A DNA stretch of 64,000 nt from positions 44,001 to 108,000 of the forward strand of contig NIVC01003268.1 of the NCBI GenBank assembly GCA_002269645.1. The letters run 5' to 3'. This DNA is from Macrostomum lignano (taxonomy: Eukaryota). This document shows, one piece after another, positions 47,003 to 58,305 of the stretch (positions are counted from its first letter, which is position 1; every line of letters starts with the position of its first letter). The position numbers and the translations under genes were made by a program. Below the pieces are notes generated by a model. That model made no database searches and was not told the origin of the DNA. It saw nothing but the letters and a program-made list of their open reading frames with translations.

Positions 47003-48049
47003 GACCGATGAGATGAGAATTTTTAGACAAAGCTTAAATAAAATTGAACACTTGTTTAATCGATTTGTATGTTTGAGTACTTCGAGAAACCCTGAGCAGC
47101 TGCTGTGTCGCTTGACCGTCGGAAAACTGGATTCTCGATTCCCATAGGGGTGTTTTTATAGGTAGAGCTCGCCTCGGCTATGGGGCAGCTCGGATTGGGC
47201 CAGGCGATGATGACGGCGGAACTGAGAGCGGAGAATAGGAAAGTAGAAGGGATTTGAGACCGAGGGAAAGAGGGTAATGGGGAAGCGGCCGGACTGCCTG
47301 CCGGGTATTTCATTAGCGCCGGCCTGTTCCTCTCTGTAAACGGATTATTCCCTCCTCATACACCTGCTTTCCCACCTGGAGTCCAATTGACTCGCGAACT
47401 TGGTCTGGATAGAAAATTTGGGAAACGGAGGCCGCTGGGGAGAGGGGGGGTTTCTGCTAGGCAGTCATCTAAAACAGAAGAATACGAGCAGCAGGAAGGA
47501 CAGCGTGTTGTCGCACCTTCGCAAGTTTTTTGTCGAGCTTAGATGAAGATGTTCCTCTCTGTTTCTCTGTCCCATATGTAGGTAGACTTTCCAGGCTTTT
47601 CTTTGCAGTAAAGTTGCCAATTTATTTCGCTAGCTTTCGAATTAGCTTGGAACGCACGTTCAAGGCGCGTGCACAAAACGCGTATAGCTATACATGTAGC
47701 TCTGCGACATCGATGCAAACGAAATACAGATAATTAAAAGAACTTGCTCTGCTAGTCTAATAACCCTGCCTTTGATGCTTTCACTGGTTCTGCGACAACT
47801 GCAACGTCCGACGGTAGCAAAGGATTGATCAATTTTATGGGAGATGCTGCTTAAGAGTCTTATCTAGGTTTTTACTGGCTATTTCGTACATGCAAGAGCT
47901 GTGCATTTACAACTTTATTCGTTCATTGCATGAAAAATGGTACAAAAATTGCTTTCTAGCAGGAAAAAGAAGATAAACAGCTGATCTTTAGCCGTGAAGC
48001 GGTTTTATTAAGCTAACTATCCTCTATTCTTAGAGACAGAACAGAGACA

Positions 48050-49130
48050 AAGACAGAGTAAACCGTCTGACCCTCGCGCTCGCGATCCCGTGGTTCGATT
48101 CCGTGTGTCATTTATTTATTTATTGCATTCATTAATAGCTTCTGCACGCAAAATTTAGCTGGTGGATTGTCTGGGCGCCAACCTCCAAGATACAAACGAC
48201 AGAAAATGTACATGCCTAAAAAACTCTGGGCGCCAACCTCCAAGATACAAACGACAGAAAATGTACATACCTAAAAAACTCTGGGCGCCAACCTCCAAGA
48301 TACAAACGACAGAAAATGTACATACCTAAAAAACTCTGGGCGCCAACCTCCAAGATACAAACGACAGAAAATGTACATACCTAAAAAACTCTGGGCGCCA
48401 ACCTCCAAGATACAAACGACAGAAAATGTACATACCTAAAAAACTCTGGGCGCCAACCTCCAAGATACAAACGACAGAAAATGTACAGGCCTAAAAAACT
48501 CTGGGCGCCAACCTCCAAGATACAAACGACAGAAAATGTACATACCTAAAAAACTCTGGGCGCCAACCTCCAAGATACAAACGACAGAAAATGTACATGC
48601 CTAAAAAACTCTGGGCGCCAATCTCCTAGATACAAACGACAGAAAATGTACAGGCCTAAAAAACTCTGGGCGCCAACCTCCAAGATACAAACGACAGAAA
48701 ATGTACAGGCCTAAAAAACTCTGGGCGCCAACCTCCAAGATACAAACGACAGAAAATGTACATACCTAAAAAACTCTGGGCGCCAACCTCCAAGATACAA
48801 ACGACAGAAAATGTACATGCCTAAAAAACTCTGGGCGCCAATCTCCTAGATACAAACGACAGAAAATGTACAGGCCTAAAAAACTCTGGGCGCCAACCTC
48901 CAAGATACAAACGACAGAAAATGTACATGCCTACAAAGGTTTAGGGCCTCTGCACACCTGTGAGCTTGTTGTGAAAGTGTGCCCGGAAAACAGCAGTATA
49001 GGCGCCCTGTGTACACGTGTGTGCTCAGTGCTCTCAGGAGTCAGCAGAATCGGTTAAATCGCCTCAGCGCTGGTTTTGGGACGATGTTGCGGAAGGTGCT
49101 GCGCCAGGCTGCTGCCAGCCCTCCTTAATT
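48050..49130 (+). mobile_element. Diverged SINE copy with internal tandem expansion
   Basis: B-box GGTTCGATTCC at ~48086; body motifs (GCCAACC..TGTACATGCCTA, TTTAGGGCC, GGAGTC, TGCGCCAGG) in the same order as the 46200 SINE. Confidence 0.65.
48171..48930. repeat. 55-bp tandem repeat, ~14 copies
   Basis: Unit CTGGGCGCCAACCTCCAAGATACAAACGACAGAAAATGTACA(T/G)(A/G)CCTAAAAAACT; period 48171 to 48226; no spacers. Confidence 0.97.
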
Positions 49131-49931
49131 TAATATTATTACTTTTATCATGAAATATGATATGACGCAGTCTGTAATACTCAAAACTATTAAGGTATTA
49201 ACCGTATAAACAGAAGTAAGGCGAACATGTACTCGTAGCATTTTACACGTACATGTGCTTACAGGATCCGTCTTTTACTCTTCCATGGATACATCTCCGT
49301 GATTGTTTTTACTAGAATATCCTCGGGTCTGTCTTGGGACTCTGAGGTATCTAAGATGCACTGTCTCATGGTGGGTTCTCTCGGCCGTTTCTTGGCGGAC
49401 GCCCCTATACCCCTGTTCCCTACGCCGGTGAATGCTTTTTCCAAGGGCTGTCATTCATCGAGCTTCTGGAGGAGCACAACTTGTCGTGGTACGATTAGAA
49501 AAACAAACAAACTATTGGCATTTGGCGAATATTCTATCATGTCTGCCATCAGGAATCGCTTTTAGAAAATATCAAAGCCTTCTGTCACCTGACGCGTCAC
49601 CCACTGGGCTGCCAGGAGATAACTCACATCGTTTTTAATCCGGAGGATGCCGTGCTAAATTATATCTTTCAGATTTTAAATTCATCCCAGGAGTAGCTAA
49701 TTTGAATTCTCTCGGGACAGACAGCCCCGCCAATGGGGATTAGCAGACAGTGGTGACATATGCCACGCCAGAACGGCCGAATGAAGCAGCGAGCTGGTCG
49801 AGCTGATGTGACTGAGTTAATCTGATAATAACAAGTTATTAAATATTGATATTTCATCAAGTCTTGACTGATTGAAAAATCGGCACGACATTCTGCCACC
49901 CGCTCGACATCATTGAAACGTCTTTAAAAAG

Positions 49932-50700
49932 TCCCTGTCGCTTGATGCATGGGTGCCACTGTCACTTGATGCGCGTCCCTGTTGCTTGATTATAATCCCT
50001 GTCACTTGATGCATGGGTGCCACTGTCACTTGATGCGCGTCCCTGTTGCTTGATTATCATCCCTGTCACTTGATGCGCTCCCTGTTGCTTGATTATCATC
50101 CCTGTCACTTGATGCGCGTCCCTGTTGCTTGATGCGCGTCCCTGTTGCTTGATTATCATCCCTGTCACTTGATGCGCGGCCCTGTTGTTTGATTTAAGTT
50201 CCTGTCGCTTGATGCATATGCGTCCCTGTCGCTCGATGCATATGCGCCCCTGTCGCTTGATGCATATGCGCCCCTGTCGCTTGATGCATATGCGTCCCTG
50301 TCGCTTGATTATCGTCCCTTCGCTTGATGCATATGCGTCCCTGTCGCTTGATTATCGTCCCTTCGCTTGATGCATATGCGTCCCTGTCGCTTGATGCATG
50401 GGCGTCTCTGTTGCTTGATTTGCGTTCCTTTCGCTTGATGCACGGGCGTCCCTGCATTTCGTTTGATTATCATCCCTGTCGCTTGATGCACGGGCGTCCC
50501 TGCATTTCGCTTGATTATCATCCCTGTCGCTTGATGCATGGGCGTCCCTGTTGCTTGATTTGCGTTCCTGTCGCTTGATGCATGGGCGTCTCTGTTGCTT
50601 GATTATCGTCCCTGTCGCTTGGTGCATGGGCGCGTCCCTGTTGCTTGATTTGCGCTCCTGACGCTTTATTATGGGCGTAGCTGCTGTCGCTTGATGAGTT
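49932..50700. repeat. Composite minisatellite, ~20-24-bp units around core CCCTGT(C/T)(G/A)CTTGAT
   Basis: Direct reading; variant units arranged in higher-order blocks. Confidence 0.92.
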
Positions 50701-51924
50701 GAGCTGCCACGCGTTTGTTTATCTTGGTTATATGTTTTTCAATTAGTTTTTAAGAGAAGCACAATTTATGCGGTGGCGATTAGGGGGCGATATCTGGCTG
50801 CCCTCTGCGTACGCCACCGCTGCGCAGTTTCGAAAACACCGAGCTACATGTAATATATGTGGTTTTTTTAACGTCAGTTCATCTCAAAGAGCTGACAGAT
50901 ATTATGATACACGTATCAAGTGAGGCATATCGATGATCTAACAAGCTCTTTTAGCAATCAAAACCCTACACGATTGATATTCAAAACGCCAGTAAAGATG
51001 CAAAAGGTATGTGCGATAACAGAAGTCGGTCAACATCTGGGCGTTAGAATGAGCCTCTTTAAGCCTCAATAAAGTGAACCTAATAAAGCATATTACTAGA
51101 AAATCTAAAAGTATGTATGTATGTATTTTGATCAGTTAATCGATCACTCTAAAGCAACAGTTATTGAATAGAAAATCTGTTCAATTGCGTTATTGGATAT
51201 GCTTATATCATTTTATTCTCAAGATCAGACAATGGATAAAATTGCATGCTAAAAAAGATTTTAATATAATATAATTTAACCTGCTTGATGGTTCTGTACA
51301 CCATGCGGCTGTATTCTATACTATAATTCATCTGACAGTTACATAGAACCATAAAGCGTTTATTTATGTTCGTATGCTCTAAAAAATTGACCTTTATTAC
51401 CAATTGATACCATATACATGTATTGTTAAAATGCGTGTAGACATACAAATTCCACGGGGGGCCGCGTGTGATGGCCAGCTCTGACATATGTAGGATAGCT
51501 ACATGTACACGTGGAAGTCTATACGATCTTCATGGTACCAGCAATTTTATTAGACAACGTTTGCTATACAAGTACATGTTTACATGTACCCGCGTTTGTA
51601 AGCAAAACAGTGTGGCTAGCTAAGTTATAACCCACGCTTGGCAGCAGGATATACATGTACATGCTCTGCAAAGTCAAGCTGACAGCTAAAAAATAGTGAC
51701 ATGTACATGTAAGTTGTCCTTGCGCAACTAATAGTAATAAAATAATACGTAAAATATTTGTTAAAATTTACAAAACGCTCATCGGTAGTCGCGGTGCTTG
51801 ATTTAAATAGATCGACAATGAATGAGTCATGTAAAATAAAGCACGCATTTGTTTCCCGATTGATATTCGCATTGAAATTCAAATTTTAACAAAAGCAAAA
51901 TACTAAAAGCAACCCGTAGCATGA

Positions 51925-52748
51925 AACTTTTCACAGAGTAAACTGCAACCGTGAAACGACTATTGGTCAAGTTTCAGCTCGATATGTAACTTTGGCTCTG
52001 AGCAGGGGCGATTTTCGATGTGTTCCATTTAAAATACATGTGATTCCAAAATTCATATTGAAATTCGAGTACAGGTACTTCTGCTTCACCGATCTTGACG
52101 AAACTTTACACAGAGTAAACTGCAACCGTGAAACGACTATTGGTCAAGTTTCAGCTCGATATGTAACTTTGGCTCTGAGCAGGGGCGATTTTCGATGTGT
52201 TCCATTTAAAATACATGTGATTCCAAAATTCATATTGATATTCGAGTACAGGTACTTCTGCTTCACTAATCTTGACGAAACTTTACACAGAGTAAACTGC
52301 AACCGTAAAACGACTATTGGTTAAGTTTCAGCTCGATATGTAACTTTGGCTCTGAGCAGGAGCGATTTTCGATGTGTTCTATTTAAAATACATGTGATTC
52401 CAAAATTCATATTGAAATTCGAGTACAGGTACTTCTGCTTCACCGATCTTGACGAAACTTTACACAGAGTAAACTGCAACCGTGAAACGACTATTGGTCA
52501 AGTTTCAGCTCGATATGTAACTTTGGCTCTGAGCAGGGGCGATTTTCGATGTGTTCCATTTAAAATACATGTGATTCCAAAATTCACATTGATATTCGAG
52601 TACAGGTACTTCTGCATCACTAATCTTGACGAAACTTTACACAGAGTAAACTGCAACCATGAAACGACGATTGGTCAAGTTTCAGCTCGATATGTAACTT
52701 TGGCTCTAAGCAGGAGCGATTTTCGATGTGTTCTATTTAAAATACATG
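51925..52748. repeat. 177-bp satellite, ~4.6 copies
   Basis: TGGTCAAGTTTCAGCTCGATATG recurs at 51964 and 52141 (period 177); the last unit stops abruptly at ..AATACATG (52748). Confidence 0.96.
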
Positions 52749-52796
52749 AGTAGAAGGCATGAGGGGGCTTCTGGGACAAAATTTTTCACCTCCTCC

Positions 52797-52995
52797 ATAA
52801 TCCACCTAAATCCATCCATATTATCCCCGACAGAACCAGAAAAAAAGGGGGGTCGCACTTACTCCAAAAACTTCGAACATAATCCCATTAATCCATCCAT
52901 ATTATCCCCGAAAGAATCATGAAAAAGGGGAGGGGCCGCACTTGCTCCGAAAACTTCGAACATAATCCACCTAAATCCATCCATATTATCCCTGA
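52797..52995. repeat. ~82-bp subterminal repeats of the Polinton (2.5 copies)
   Basis: CATAATCC(A/C)..TAATCCATCCATATTATCCC recurs at ~52797, ~52879 and ~52962. Confidence 0.85.
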
Positions 52996-53208
52996 CAGAA
53001 TCAGAGCAGGTGTCCACTGATACCTGTTATGCTCACTGACACAGACATAATCCACTGACATCCATCCATAGCATCTTCGAAACAATCAGAAAAAAATATG
53101 CATTCTTCTCCCCACATTCAATTCGCAACATGAAACCAGATCCAAAGACTTTGAATCCCCTAACCCAGGGTCCTTACCCTTTGAAAAAAAATTAAATTTT
53201 CTCTAAAA

Positions 53209-53448
53209 ATGTTTCCAGTTGTCTCTCCAGGTTCTTATTATACTCAGCCTAATCCATTGTACAAATCCAAGTACCAATGCAAACTTGAATGCAGCGAATA
53301 CATGAGAAAATATTGGCCCAACGTTGATATCAATGTCCCTAATATTAATCTAGCTCTCCAAAGACATTGGTTTCATAAGTATGGAGTAACCTATGCAAAA
53401 GATTATGACAGCTACTATAACTTTGCAGAAATCATTAGGCAGTTGTGA
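53209..53448 (+). CDS. 79-aa Polinton ORF, possible degenerate RNase T2 C-terminal half
   Basis: AAAAATG start context as in neighbouring viral genes; MRKYWPNV..RHWFHKYG..SYYNFA pattern. Confidence 0.5.
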   Translation: MFPVVSPGSYYTQPNPLYKSKYQCKLECSEYMRKYWPNVDINVPNINLALQRHWFHKYGVTYAKDYDSYYNFAEIIRQL

Positions 53449-53452
53449 TTTC

Positions 53453-54316
53453 TCACATTCTCTGAATGATTAACGTCAATACAAACTCTTCCCCATTAAA
53501 ATCAACGCCCATCCCATCTTCAGTCTCAAACTGTAGCACAATCTCGTGAATCTCCTTATTACTCAATACAACTCTTTTCACTGGATTTGGTTTCTCTACC
53601 ACCATCTGTCCTCCAGCTACAGAGTTGGAGATGTTGTACAAAATATTAGTTCGCTTTCCCTTAAATACCCAATCAAGACTGAGATTAGTTCTGATTAGAA
53701 TATTCAAACCCTTTACAATGTCTGCTATATTGGGTGCTAAGAACAAACCGCGTACACTTTCCCGGGCCATGCTAACGGCCCCCGATGCTTGAGTGACAGT
53801 CCGCGCTGTGGATTCTGCCTTATAAACTTTCTTCACGAATCCTAATTCCCTATACCAAGTGTCATCTTTAAACTCAACCTCCGCATCTTTGTGAACTTGC
53901 ATGACCACTCTCATTACAGTGAGATCATAGGTTAGTTTAACAGGGAACAGTTTCTTCTCTGGCTTACTCATATCAGGTGTCTCAAAATGGCCTCTTTTAG
54001 TAAAGACGTTTTCTAGAAAGTAATTGTAGGTATCCACACTTTGCGTGCTCACAGGGAATACCACAGGTTCTGCTGCTGCACCTTTCCATTTGTAATAAAA
54101 CTTATTATTTGCTGCCGTCACATTGGGAACGTTTGACCAACCAGTGAAGTCGTTAAGATAGACATGGTAATTAGCACCTGGATCCAGGCTAATCGCCTGC
54201 TCTAATTTTTGAACAAATATCCCGTTTGAGTCATTAATCCGCCCAGTTATTGTAATAGGAATGCTCTCCTTGGAGTGCGAAATAATATTGTTTAGTCTTT
54301 CGGCTATAGCTTCCAT
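53453..54316 (-). CDS. Putative minor capsid (penton / PX-like) protein
   Basis: Intact beta-rich ~287-aa ORF next to the MCP, ending EIVLQFETEDGMGVDFNGEEFVLTLII, like Polinton penton C-termini; probable start AAAAAAATG at 54316. Confidence 0.72.
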   Translation of the reverse strand: MEAIAERLNNIISHSKESIPITITGRINDSNGIFVQKLEQAISLDPGANYHVYLNDFTGWSNVPNVTAANNKFYYKWKGAAAEPVVFPVSTQSVDTYNYFLENVFTKRGHFETPDMSKPEKKLFPVKLTYDLTVMRVVMQVHKDAEVEFKDDTWYRELGFVKKVYKAESTARTVTQASGAVSMARESVRGLFLAPNIADIVKGLNILIRTNLSLDWVFKGKRTNILYNISNSVAGGQMVVEKPNPVKRVVLSNKEIHEIVLQFETEDGMGVDFNGEEFVLTLIIQRM

Positions 54317-54340
54317 TTTTTTCACCCACAAAAAAAATAT

Positions 54341-55627
54341 TTAAACTTTACTGGATGAATTGTTGATCATGTTAAGCTTCACCTTCCTCTCAAATGCATA
54401 GATAATGTACAGGTCCACGGGTGTTGCGGCAGTCCTTTCAATGTTAGTCACGATATTCACAGGGCTGTTATCAGTAGGCATTTGTCTGGCAGACACATCA
54501 GCGCCAAACATTGGATATAGAGTTCCATATTGAAGAGCAGTGATAGCAATTCCATTGTTCTCTTTCACAGCCAAGTCGACCAACTCGCTGTAAAATTTGC
54601 TAATCTTGTTCTGACTGAAATCTCCATTTTGTGGCAGTGCAGGGTAAAGATTATCACTGATTTCATGCTGAATGGACCGCACGTCTCCATGCATGTAGCG
54701 TATAATGCTATTTGGGTTTCTCATGTTAATAATAATATACCGTGGATTGCTGCATGATCCCTCTTTAATGCAGATGTTTGTTCTAGTTTCGTTTCGCTCA
54801 TCTCGACACATGTAGGCCGTGTATGCAACATCAATGTCCTTCTCTATTGCCTTAAGATAATCCGCTTTTAGTGCAGTCTTTGGCTCAATGACTTCCAAAT
54901 ACAGCTCGATTCCGGTTAGCTTCACCTCCATCCTTGTGTGATCCGCCCCAGTCCACAACACTCTACTGCGATCATCTCTAGTCATCCTAAAGGTGTAGCT
55001 AAAGTTACTAGTCAGTCGATTAAATGTATTACAGAATCCACTCATGAATCTCAGTGGTACAAATACATCAACAGACCGATACAGCGGGTTTTTAGCAGCA
55101 TCATCTGCACTTTGCAATGCATAGTTGTATCTCTTCTTCCTCTTTTTATAGCCACTGTCATTGGTGTCTCCTTCTTTTTCATCTGCGATAAAACCCGCAC
55201 CACTTCCCAACTGAATAAAATCAGGATTCTCGATCAAACAATGAGCGTCATAGACAATTCCAAAGTTGGCGATTCGCTCCAACTCAGTGCTCCCATTCGA
55301 TACACTAAACTCCTTGAACATGTACGCCCAAAAGTTACTGATCAGAGCCACATCCGCATCATGCTTGTCAACGTTAGCACGAGCCGCATCCGCACCACCC
55401 TTTGTCTTGAATTGAAATGTCATATGGAAGCCGCTCTTAAGACTGTGCACACTAACCAAAGACGAACATCCATTGTATGTAAATGTCAGTGTTTGGCCAG
55501 GACCAAGATTAGTTTCATTCTGATTTTCCTGACTGGGAACTCTTACCTGAGTCGCTTTGATTGTGCTATCATCACTCAAAATAGGCTTGTTAATTTTGTA
55601 GAAAACTGGTGTCAGTGGGTCGTTCAT
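54341..55627 (-). CDS. Major capsid protein (double jelly-roll, PY-like)
   Basis: 428 aa, intact; LISNFWAYMFKEFSVSNGSTELE, YPALPQNGDFSQNKISKFY and PMFGADVS resemble Polinton MCP motifs. Confidence 0.82.
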   Translation of the reverse strand: MNDPLTPVFYKINKPILSDDSTIKATQVRVPSQENQNETNLGPGQTLTFTYNGCSSLVSVHSLKSGFHMTFQFKTKGGADAARANVDKHDADVALISNFWAYMFKEFSVSNGSTELERIANFGIVYDAHCLIENPDFIQLGSGAGFIADEKEGDTNDSGYKKRKKRYNYALQSADDAAKNPLYRSVDVFVPLRFMSGFCNTFNRLTSNFSYTFRMTRDDRSRVLWTGADHTRMEVKLTGIELYLEVIEPKTALKADYLKAIEKDIDVAYTAYMCRDERNETRTNICIKEGSCSNPRYIIINMRNPNSIIRYMHGDVRSIQHEISDNLYPALPQNGDFSQNKISKFYSELVDLAVKENNGIAITALQYGTLYPMFGADVSARQMPTDNSPVNIVTNIERTAATPVDLYIIYAFERKVKLNMINNSSSKV

Positions 55628-55657
55628 TTTTTAACTAAAAATAAAATAAAATAAGAA

Positions 55658-56842
55658 ATGAAGCGAAAAAGTACACAGTAGATATCTGAATTGGAGAAGT
55701 TAGCACAAGCAGAGAAACGAGTTACCGAGCTAATAAATAAGGAGCAACAATCCTACAATGAGTTTGTCCAAGCAGCCACCGAATTTCACAAACCCGGATA
55801 CACAGAAGCGAAGAAAAACCTCGACACTGTGAAGGAAGCAGTTGATGATATTCAAGAGAGCCACTTGCAAAACACATTGGGTAAAATCCCATCTTCACCA
55901 GGACAACCACAGGCTCAGGAACCAGGACAACCGGTGCAGATGAAAGTGACGGATAACTTTTTTGGCCCCGTAGTGGATGATGGAAAATATATTTTTGGAA
56001 TTAGCGCCTGGCGAAAAGAAATTACCAAGGAACCGGTGGATTACAACATTGAAGTGACAAAGGAAAACATTTCAATCAATAAAGGCGCAAAAACTAAAAG
56101 AATCCAGTTCACTCAAACTTTACTTGATTACATGACTAAAAATCTAGAGAATACGTCTAAAAAGCAGCTCAAAAATTACAAAGATCTTGTTACCTTTGCT
56201 CTCGATAGGGATATAGATATGCTCAAGAACAACGGTGTTTTGAAAATTTTACATGAAAACGGGATTGTCTTGAACAGATTTAGAAAATACAAATACTTTA
56301 AACAATGGTTTGGTTTGCCGGATCAGGAAGAGGTCATAAGACAACAACAACAAAAACAACAGCAACAACAGCAACCGCCACAACAGCAGCAACATTTCAC
56401 AGAAGAACAAGTACTCAGGCAACTGGAAAATGCAGATCCGACTCAAGTAGCTAAATATAAAAATGATCACCCAACAGACTGGCAACACTTAGAACAACAC
56501 TCTCCAGATCGAATGAACAGAATCAAGCAAAGAGTTTTCACACCTCAACAAAGACAGGCGCCACATGACAGTTCCATCTCTGAAAGTGAGCAGTCTTTTG
56601 GATCACCTCCCCAGCAGCCACAAGCCCAACCAACTCCACAACCCCAAGACCAACCACCCAAATCTGGAAAAGGAATAGCTGAAATCTACAAGCGAGTAGC
56701 GGTTCTTCTAGGAGCGGCAAAGACCGGAATGAAAGACGAGAATAGAAAAGAATTTGTCAACATCCTGGACAAAATGCTTGAGAGAAAATACATCGATAAA
56801 AGGGCGAGAGAGCTTCTGCTTTCGCGGTTCAACAAAAAATAA
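55658..56842 (+). CDS. Polinton PZ-like / putative core protein with Q/P-rich region
   Basis: C-terminal KSGKGI..RVAVLLGAAKTG..KEFVNILDKM motif; ATG 55658 is in frame but followed by a TAG at codon 8. Confidence 0.6.
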
Positions 56843-56858
56843 TTTATTTCAAGTAAAA

Positions 56859-57239
56859 ATGCCACTTATTTTCGAAAAAGACATTGACAAATACTATGAC
56901 AAAGAGGAACTTAATCTTATTAAACGCGGATCTGGACTTTTCCCTGCAGGCCACTATCCAAGAAAAGAGCGCTCCGGGAATGGCCTTGCCGATTTGATCG
57001 CTCAGGGGGCTAAGATTTTTAAGGTCATTGGAGAGAACAAAGAGAACATCAAGAACGTTGCCGAAGCGGCTGGCAGTGTAGCCACAGCAGCCAAAAAGAT
57101 AAAGGATACTGTAACACCTAAACAAGAGATTCAACCTCCACTGGCCCCGCTGGCCCCAAACCCAGACAGTGTGGACCCTGCAGTCTATGAGAAGATGAGA
57201 GCAAGCATTAAAAAAGGAAGTGGTTTCAAATTTGACTAA
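56859..57239 (+). CDS. 126-aa putative virion internal protein with three GxG motifs
   Basis: AAAAATG start; KRGSG, RSGNG and KKGSG motifs; amphipathic LADLIAQGAKIFKVIG segment. Confidence 0.65.
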   Translation: MPLIFEKDIDKYYDKEELNLIKRGSGLFPAGHYPRKERSGNGLADLIAQGAKIFKVIGENKENIKNVAEAAGSVATAAKKIKDTVTPKQEIQPPLAPLAPNPDSVDPAVYEKMRASIKKGSGFKFD

Positions 57240-57287
57240 AGGTACTTTCCGAGGGTACAAGAAATGTAAAGGTACAAGACTAGTCTC

Positions 57288-57448
57288 AAAATGACATATC
57301 TAAGTCCCAAAATGACACAATTAAGTACCAAAATGACACATCTAAGTCCCAAAATGACACATCTAAGTCCCAAAATGACACATTTAAGTCCCAAAATGAC
57401 ACATCTAAGTCCCAAAATGACACATCTAAGTCCCGAAATGACACATCT
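57288..57448. repeat. 21-bp tandem repeat (AAAATGACACATCTAAGTCCC) x~7.5 inside the Polinton
   Basis: Direct reading; intergenic, upstream of the ATPase. Confidence 0.95.
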
Positions 57449-57489
57449 AAATTATTTATTATTTAATTTTTTTTTCATCATAGAAAAAA

Positions 57490-58289
57490 ATGGACTTTTC
57501 AAACGACTTCAATCCTCACTGGACGCGTAATCAGATTAAGTTTTCTCATCATGAGTCAATCCCGAGTCACTTCAGATGCATTGTTGTTGGTTCGTCAGGT
57601 TCAGGTAAAACATTCAGAGTCTTTAACATGCTTCTTAGACCTGGATTTATCGACTATGACACTCTGCACATCTACTCTCCCACACTGTATCAAGATGAGT
57701 ATAGAATGCTGATTGCAGGGCTTCAAAACAAGCTGAACAAAGAGGACATTATTGCATGTTTTAATAACCAAATGAGCCTTCCAGTAACCCTGAAATTGTA
57801 GCTGCCGAATATGCAAAGCACCTCAAAGACAATGAAAAATGGCAGAACATTAAAGTGTTCACCTATGGAGATCCACAGGCTGATCCAAAGACCAAATTTC
57901 TACCCCAACCAGATGAGCTAGAAAAGGGGAGAAAGCATTTGATCGTCTTTGATGATTGTATGACAGGCCCACAGAAGCAGATAGAAAACTATTTTACAAG
58001 AGGGCGACATAACAATTGTAATGTAATTTACATTGCACAGAACTGGTTCGAGCTCCCGAACAAAACAATTCGTGGGAACTGCAATCTGATTCTCCTGTTT
58101 CCAACCATTCCACAGGACAGGTTAAAAAGATTTTACAATGAGGTCATTGCGCCTGCCTATTTCATAAATCCAACAAAAAACTCAAGCAGAAAGATTTCAC
58201 AAGAGGAATTCGTTAATCTTTGCTATGACAAGTGGAATCAGCCTTACCAGTTTGTGATTATCAGCAAAGAAAAAAGAACTGTAATTTAA
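57490..58289 (+). CDS. A32/FtsK-like genome packaging ATPase (one frameshift ~57770)
   Basis: Walker A VVGSSGSGKT; Walker B LIVFDD; RGRHNNCNVIYIAQ; TIRGN. Confidence 0.9.
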
Positions 58290-58305
58290 AATTTGCTATT
58301 AAAAG

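Noticed and set aside
48171-48930. CRISPR-like appearance of the 55-bp, 37-bp, 21-bp and 177-bp arrays
   Set aside because: Units are contiguous with no unique spacers, there are no cas genes, and the context is eukaryotic.
54938-55654. 238-aa plus-strand ORF
   Set aside because: Antisense shadow of the MCP gene with no motifs; similar shadows over Gypsy, LINE and Ngaro ORFs were ignored.
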